Shown in pieces: positions 58,243 through 64,000 of a stretch of DNA of 64,000 bases. A program made the translations under genes and the position numbers. Each line of letters starts with the position of its first letter. Within the stretch, counting starts at the first letter, position 1. Under the pieces are notes generated by a model. The model searched no databases. It was given only the letters and a program-made list of their open reading frames with translations, and was not told where the DNA came from. Source of the stretch: Coleofasciculus chthonoplastes F2-STO-03 (GTDB lineage Bacteria > Cyanobacteriota > Cyanobacteriia > Cyanobacteriales > Coleofasciculaceae); contig JAVJWO010000216.1 in the NCBI GenBank assembly GCA_040222015.1, positions 32,001 to 96,000 on the forward strand. Direction: 5' to 3'.

Positions 58243-60333
58243 TTACGTTAACGAATTAAGTGCCAATGCTAACGGAAAAACTGGACCACTTCCAGCCCGA
58301 CGTAACAGTGCAGCAATAACAGTGAATGTCCAACGTGAATCTACCATATCATCAATTAAGAATACTGCCCCCTTCATCCCTTGCCAAGGTTTCACGGCAA
58401 AGACACCATCGAGGTTATGGGCTTGTTGGTAACTATTTCCCATCTGTTTTTGTGGCTGAGTATGGCGAACTTTCTGCACAATTGGCTGAAAGGTTAATTG
58501 TAATTGATGGGCGAGTCGTTGGGCAAAATTTGGCACAAGTTGGGGATGATGTAAGGAAGGGACACAGGTTACCCAAGTTGGAAAAGGTTGGGGGTGCCAA
58601 CGTTGAATCATCTCAAATGCACCCTGCACCAAGGCGTCGTCAAAATCATGATTATGGTATTTCCCTTGTTTGACTAATTCGCCCCAACCCGCATCCCCCC
58701 AAAGTGATAATGCTCGTCCGGGTTCAGCGCGTAAATTGTCGCGAATTTTCCCAGAAAACCCATAACTAGGGAGTGCTTTAGATGCCCATTGTTTACGAAG
58801 TTCGATAATTTGGTCACTACGACGGAGATACTGAATTGCTTGATTAACTCGGTTTAGTGAATAGGTTTCGGGTAATAACGGTCTACCCAAGCATACCGCA
58901 CATTTCCCGCAAGGTGTGGGCTGGGGATCATCTAATTCTCTGGCGAGAAATGTCATCAAGCATTCTTGACTATTCATATAGTCAAACATACGAGTTTGTT
59001 CTTGGCGGCGAATTTGGGTTAACCGTTCAATTTTCTCCGTATCCGGTTGATAAAATACGGGCGTCGCATACCATTTAGATCCTTGCTTGGTTATGGGTGC
59101 AGGAGACTCTAAGGATAACAGTTTCAATACCTTCTTGATTTGCCCATTAGAAAGATTGAGATGCTGCTCAATTTGGGTAATTGATAATCCATCTTCGGCT
59201 TGTTCTAACGCATTTAAAACCTCCTGAACATGAGCCTCTGGTGGAAAGGCAGTTTGAATAAAATAATCCGTAATTTCCTGATCTTCTTCTCCACCGAGCA
59301 GAATTCCATAAGCTTGCTCTACCGCTCTCCCGGCTCGTCCGACTTGTTGGTAATAATGAACCACAGAACCCGGACGCTGATAGTGGATGACAAATCCTAA
59401 ATCCGGCTTATCAAACCCCATTCCTAAAGCAGTTGTCGCGACTAAAGCCTTAATTTCATTGTTAAGCAGTTGGTCTTCTAAGGTTAAACGCTGTTCATGA
59501 GTTAGCTTAGCATGGTAGGCTTGAGCATGAATCCCTTGCTGATTTAACCAATCGGCAACTCGTTCGGTATCTTTGGTAGTTAATGCGTAAATAATCCCAC
59601 TTCCGGGTAAGTTGGGCAAGTGCTCAGCTAACCACGCCATACGTGCGGCGGAGCTCGGTAATTTAAGGGTTTGTAATTGTAAGCTTTTTCGGGTTAGAGT
59701 ACCTCTGGATACCAGTAAATTTGCACCTAGTTGCGTAATAATATCGTTAACCACGCGGTTATTTGCCGTGGCGGTTGTGGCGAGGGCGGGAATGGTTTGA
59801 GGAAGCGCTTGTAAAACCCGGACAATGCGCCGATAGTCTGGGCGAAAATCATGTCCCCAATCAGAGATACAATGGGCTTCATCGACAACAAATAAGCCAA
59901 TTCGTTGGGAGATGGGTAACAGAATGGTTTGGCGAAAGTCTTCATTGGCGAGTCGTTCGGGGGAAATCAGGAGAATATCAATGATTCCCGCTTGTAATTG
60001 AGCGTTAATCTGTTCCCACTCTTCGGGATTACTGGAGTTAATCGTGGCGGCGTTAATATTAATCCGTTTAGCAGCGACAATTTGATTTCGCATTAACGCC
60101 AGGAGGGGTGAAATCAGCAGAGTGGAACCCCCATGATTATCACGCAGCAAACGAGTAGCGAGAAAGTAGACAATGCTTTTCCCCCAGCCTGTGCGTTGTA
60201 CAACTAGAAGCCGCGATCGCTCTAAAATTATGCTAGCGATGGCTTCCCATTGTCCATCCCGAAATTGAGCGGTTGGGTTGTTGAGGGCTTGGCGCAGCAG
60301 CGATAGTGCTTGGGCTTTCAGTTGGGTTGTCAT
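58243..60333 (-). CDS. RecQ-family helicase with C-terminal phosphoribosyltransferase-like domain (RqlH-like)
   Basis: QRTGWGKS, VDEAHCISDWGHDFRPDY, ALGMGFDKPD, YYQQVGRAGR, CGKCAVC Zn site, C-terminal LIDDMVDSRWT PRPP-loop-like motif. Confidence 0.93.
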   Translation of the reverse strand: MTTQLKAQALSLLRQALNNPTAQFRDGQWEAIASIILERSRLLVVQRTGWGKSIVYFLATRLLRDNHGGSTLLISPLLALMRNQIVAAKRININAATINSSNPEEWEQINAQLQAGIIDILLISPERLANEDFRQTILLPISQRIGLFVVDEAHCISDWGHDFRPDYRRIVRVLQALPQTIPALATTATANNRVVNDIITQLGANLLVSRGTLTRKSLQLQTLKLPSSAARMAWLAEHLPNLPGSGIIYALTTKDTERVADWLNQQGIHAQAYHAKLTHEQRLTLEDQLLNNEIKALVATTALGMGFDKPDLGFVIHYQRPGSVVHYYQQVGRAGRAVEQAYGILLGGEEDQEITDYFIQTAFPPEAHVQEVLNALEQAEDGLSITQIEQHLNLSNGQIKKVLKLLSLESPAPITKQGSKWYATPVFYQPDTEKIERLTQIRRQEQTRMFDYMNSQECLMTFLARELDDPQPTPCGKCAVCLGRPLLPETYSLNRVNQAIQYLRRSDQIIELRKQWASKALPSYGFSGKIRDNLRAEPGRALSLWGDAGWGELVKQGKYHNHDFDDALVQGAFEMIQRWHPQPFPTWVTCVPSLHHPQLVPNFAQRLAHQLQLTFQPIVQKVRHTQPQKQMGNSYQQAHNLDGVFAVKPWQGMKGAVFLIDDMVDSRWTFTVIAALLRRAGSGPVFPLALALNSLT

Positions 60334-60680
60334 ATCGATACGCTGTGTTGAGTGAAGTTAAGGGTTTTCTGAAGCAATGGTATTGGTAAAACCCGCCTCG
60401 ACTGTCCTTAAATTCTAGCTAGTCTAGCATCAAGAGCCAAGAACTAAATCTTTGCTTATATACTGAGTTTATCCAGAAACTGGATGACTACTCTTTCAAG
60501 CTACACAAACAAAGAGGAGGCGATTGAAATCGCAGCTACACAAACAAAGTCCGCCTGCGCGGACTAAATTATCACGGGGGCAGCTAACCTGGATTTTGCG
60601 TAAGTTCTGTAAGTTATGACTTATGGCGGATGATTTCTCTCACAGGAAGCCGCTAAAGTCCTCTAAAGACGACTGGATAA

Positions 60681-61559
60681 GCGCGATCGCAAGATCCCAC
60701 CAACGTCAAATCCGTTTGGCGAACCACATCTAGTCAAGGAATTGCCCAATTTGCGATCGCCCAACTTCTCGCTGGTCCTACCTCCTCAGAGAAACAGCAG
60801 GGACTTGCTACCGTTCCCCCGCTAAGTGGAGAGTCTAATTGTGGTCAAGACTTTACAATTTCGATCAATAATGGCGTGGCTCAATTGCAATTTTGCCGAA
60901 ACATGATTCACGACGGTATTGCCGATTCAGTGCGAACTAAAACTGCCATTGAGAAAACGCTTAAACAATTTTCTACGGTTAATCATGTAATAATACTTAA
61001 CCGAAATGGAAACTGTTTGGGTGATGAAAGTGGGGAGAACCTTTGTCTAGGAAAAGGCTCGAATCCAGTGAAGCTAACTCCCCTCTCTCAAATTGCGATT
61101 AATGGTTTTGGTCCCGTAAATATAGGCATGACTGTTGATCAGGCATCACAAGCGGCAGGATTTGATTTAATTCCTGTTAGCTCAAACCCTAATCCGGTTT
61201 GTATTTACTATAAGCCCACTCCACTGTCCGAAGGACTTAATGCTAATTTTATGGTGAGGAACGGACGTATTGCCCGAATTGATATTAAAGATTCTCGCCC
61301 GACAACAATCAGTGGAGCAAGGGTTGGCGATACAGAAAACCAGGTTCAATCTCTTTATGGGGAACGGCTTCAAGTGAATCCCTTACCCAATTCTGAACAG
61401 GGTCATTTCCTGACGTTTGTTCCCCAAAGCCAAAGAGACCAGAATTTACGCCTTAAGTTTGCCACAGATGGAACCAAGGTGACTCAAATTATTATCGGGA
61501 AACGTCCCGAAGTCGATTATATCGAAGGCTGTCTGGATATCGTCCCTGGTGGAGTCTAA
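60681..61559 (+). pseudogene. 5'-truncated GerMN-domain protein gene
   Basis: Frame open from 60681: SVWRTTSSQGIAQFAIAQLLAGPTSSEKQQGL..TLKQFSTVNHVIIL (GerMN-like); in-frame TAA at 60678-60680, no start codon before GTG 60876. Confidence 0.6.
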
Positions 61560-61570
61560 TTAAGTTTTAA

Positions 61571-61987
61571 TTGATGATGAAAAAAATTAGCGCAATTGCC
61601 CTAATAATGGCGGTCTGGATACTCGGTAACTGTAGATTGGGGGTTACTCAAGCTGCCTCATCCAGTCAACGTCGTTCGTTTAAACAATGGTGTATTCAAC
61701 AAGATAGTTTGTCCGATGAAGCGAAAAAAACAGTGGCGGTACTGTTAAACAAAGCAGGTACAAATAATTGTGAACAAGCTGATCATAATCTGTCAAGCCG
61801 CACTCAGCTTAACCTCAGAATCCAAAACATAACGGATATCCGCTTTAACCAAATCACCGATATTAGCTCTCTTTCTGGATTAACGAATCTGATGAGGCTT
61901 TACCTTGAAGGCAATCCGATTATACCACCGACTTGTCCATCAACTTACTCATATATTTGCTTTTGGGGAAATAGTGATGAGGAGTAA
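61571..61987 (+). CDS. Secreted internalin-like leucine-rich repeat protein, very few repeats
   Basis: Signal peptide, SFKQWC..KKTV..LL..AGT.NC cap, NQITDISSLSGLTNL..LYL.GNPI. Confidence 0.75.
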   Translation: MMMKKISAIALIMAVWILGNCRLGVTQAASSSQRRSFKQWCIQQDSLSDEAKKTVAVLLNKAGTNNCEQADHNLSSRTQLNLRIQNITDIRFNQITDISSLSGLTNLMRLYLEGNPIIPPTCPSTYSYICFWGNSDEE

Positions 61988-62026
61988 ACTTGCCCTGCAC
62001 CTTGTTTAATGACTCTCATGAAAGGC

Positions 62027-63022
62027 TTAATCACTGTTATCATTTCTCACTCTACCATCTGGCATGATAGTATTGCAGAAATTCACTTCGGTTAAATTGG
62101 CATTTCGCAGGTTAGTATCTCGTAAATTTGCATAGCTTAAATCGGCATAAGACAAGTCAGCCTCTTCTAAATTGGCATGACATAGTTGGGCATCAGTCAA
62201 ATCAGCACCATTGAGGTTGGCACTAGCTAAATTCGCATAACTAAAGTTAGCTGATGTCAATTCTTCATCACTTAAATCGATACCCTTCAAGTTGGCATGA
62301 CTAAAGTTAACTTCACTGAGTCCCCCAATAACGCTGAGGCGGAAATTATTTGGAAAATGACTGATGTAATAACTTAGATCAAAACCACTCAAATCAGCCC
62401 CAGACTCAATCAGTATTGCTCCCTTTTGAGTCAGGTCAACGTCAACTACAGCATTAATACAAGGTCCATAGAGAGTGCGTGTGAGTGTGGCGTCACTCAA
62501 ATTGACTTTGATAAAACTACAAACCCCCGTTAAATTAGCACCCGTTAAGTTAGCCTTGCTCAGGTTGACATCATTTAACTTAACACTTACGGAGAAGCAA
62601 GCGTGAGTCAGAGAAGCTTGGCTGAGATTAGAACCCGACAGATTGACTTCCTCAAAATCAATGTTACTCAAATCTGCACCACTTAGGTCGCAGTTGTTCC
62701 AAGATGATTGAAGTGCAGACATACAATTTAGAGTTGCCCCAGTTAGAGAGGAATTTTTAATCAGAGTGTGATCGAAACAGACATTACTCAAATTAGCATA
62801 ACTAAGATTGACCTGATCAAACTCTGCTCCCCCCATAAAATTTGCATGGCTTAAATTGGCATAACTGAGATTTACCCTATGCAAGTTAACTCCCCCCAAA
62901 TTGGTATGGCTTAAGTTTATGGCACTCAAGTCAACATTGCTGATGACCACGCCGTTTAAATCCACACCCGAAAAATCTCTTTTACCCGCTTGATAACATC
63001 TAATCAGTTCATCCTTGTTCAT
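62027..63022 (-). CDS. Pentapeptide repeat protein
   Basis: ELIRCYQAGKRDFSGVDL start, ANLS repeats, TIMPDG end. Confidence 0.93.
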   Translation of the reverse strand: MNKDELIRCYQAGKRDFSGVDLNGVVISNVDLSAINLSHTNLGGVNLHRVNLSYANLSHANFMGGAEFDQVNLSYANLSNVCFDHTLIKNSSLTGATLNCMSALQSSWNNCDLSGADLSNIDFEEVNLSGSNLSQASLTHACFSVSVKLNDVNLSKANLTGANLTGVCSFIKVNLSDATLTRTLYGPCINAVVDVDLTQKGAILIESGADLSGFDLSYYISHFPNNFRLSVIGGLSEVNFSHANLKGIDLSDEELTSANFSYANLASANLNGADLTDAQLCHANLEEADLSYADLSYANLRDTNLRNANLTEVNFCNTIMPDGRVRNDNSD

Positions 63023-63301
63023 ATCATGCTCCCAGAATCGGAATGATTATACAAAATCTAACAATTTATAATTTGCTCTTCACCTCACGTTACGTCAGGT
63101 TATCGGACGAATCCATTCCCATTGTTTTTACGTGTTTATCAGTTGGTATAGCCTGCTCATTTTAGCTGAATATTAGGGTGGCTTAATTCACCCGATACGT
63201 TCACCCAATCGGGTGAAGGTTAGCGAAATTGCTTTAGTTACGTTTATAAAAGTCCGATGAATCAGGATTTCATTGGTTCTAGTTAACCCAAGCATTTTGA
63301 A

Positions 63302-64000
63302 ATGCACAAAATAGGAATTTTGTCTAATTCAAACTTACTATTTAGCTTAGGAATTGGTGTAACAGCATCTTTAGCTGTGCTGACCCCGGCTCAAGCTCAG
63401 ACAACTGCGTTCACGGATGTCTCATCGGAGCATTGGGCGCATGACTACATTGAGGTGCTAGCAGACCTCGATATCATCAAGGGATTTCCTGATGGAACAT
63501 TTCGTCCAGGAGCGCAAATCACTCGGGCGCAGTTTGCGGCTATTTTGCGGCAGGCTTTCCTCGCGACAGAACCTGTTTCTGCCGTAAAATTCAGCGATGT
63601 TCCTCAGAATTATTGGGGATTTGCAGCCATTAATAAAGCTCGTGCTGCTGGCTTTTTGTCAGGTTATCCCGGCAACATCTTTAAACCTGAGCAACCTATT
63701 GCCCGGGTGCAAGCCTTGGTTTCTCTGGCAAACGGCTTAGGCTATACAAGCGATAGACCCGAATATCTGTTTTACTATACTGATGCCGATAGGATTCCAG
63801 ATTACGCCCGCTCCAGCATCGTGGCAGCAACTCAAGCTCAACTGGTTGTCAACTATCCGTCGTCGGCTAAGCTCACGCCTAATCGCTATGCCTCCCGTGC
63901 AGAAGTTGCAGCGTTTGTCCATCAGGCTCTGGTTCAGGAAAACCAAATTGAACCCCTGTCTTCAGCCCCCTACGTGATCAATCCTGCGGCTTTGCCAAGA
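63302..64000 (+). CDS. S-layer homology (SLH) domain protein, runs off window
   Basis: Manual translation from ATG 63302: signal peptide ..PAQA-Q, FTDVSSEHWAHDYI..IIKGFPDGTFRPGAQITRAQFA, FSDVPQNYW..LSGYPGNIFKP. Confidence 0.92.
   Translation, partial: MHKIGILSNSNLLFSLGIGVTASLAVLTPAQAQTTAFTDVSSEHWAHDYIEVLADLDIIKGFPDGTFRPGAQITRAQFAAILRQAFLATEPVSAVKFSDVPQNYWGFAAINKARAAGFLSGYPGNIFKPEQPIARVQALVSLANGLGYTSDRPEYLFYYTDADRIPDYARSSIVAATQAQLVVNYPSSAKLTPNRYASRAEVAAFVHQALVQENQIEPLSSAPYVINPAALPR

Overview
64 kb of chromosome from a cyanobacterium, probably filamentous and Oscillatoriales/Coleofasciculus-like. This is inferred from abundant HIP1 octamers (GCGATCGC), STRR tandem repeats, GTAG-type REP-like palindromes and typical cyanobacterial genes. 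Housekeeping and signalling genes (peroxiredoxins, a cyanobacteriochrome kinase, a J-domain protein, glgC, bvdR, rppA, ggt, aroQ, cinA, glyA, rpsF) are interleaved with accessory modules. (1) An eCIS-type AAA ATPase is followed by a DUF4157 effector with annexin-like repeats and a Cys/His papain-like tip, candidate immunity genes, and a second putative effector sharing the same ~85-aa N-terminal leader. (2) A lipoxygenase lies head-to-head with an atypical P450 and a small unknown gene, a candidate oxylipin cluster. (3) There is an orphan HEARO/omega-RNA without IscB and an IS608-like non-autonomous element. (4) A type I-D-like CRISPR array has a dead cas2 upstream and an intact cas6 starting inside the mutated last repeat, with an in-frame AUG at the predicted Cas6 cut site. 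(5) A RecQ-PRTase (RqlH-like) gene is paired with DprA, a candidate defence module. All calls come from reading the sequence by eye; no database searches were run.
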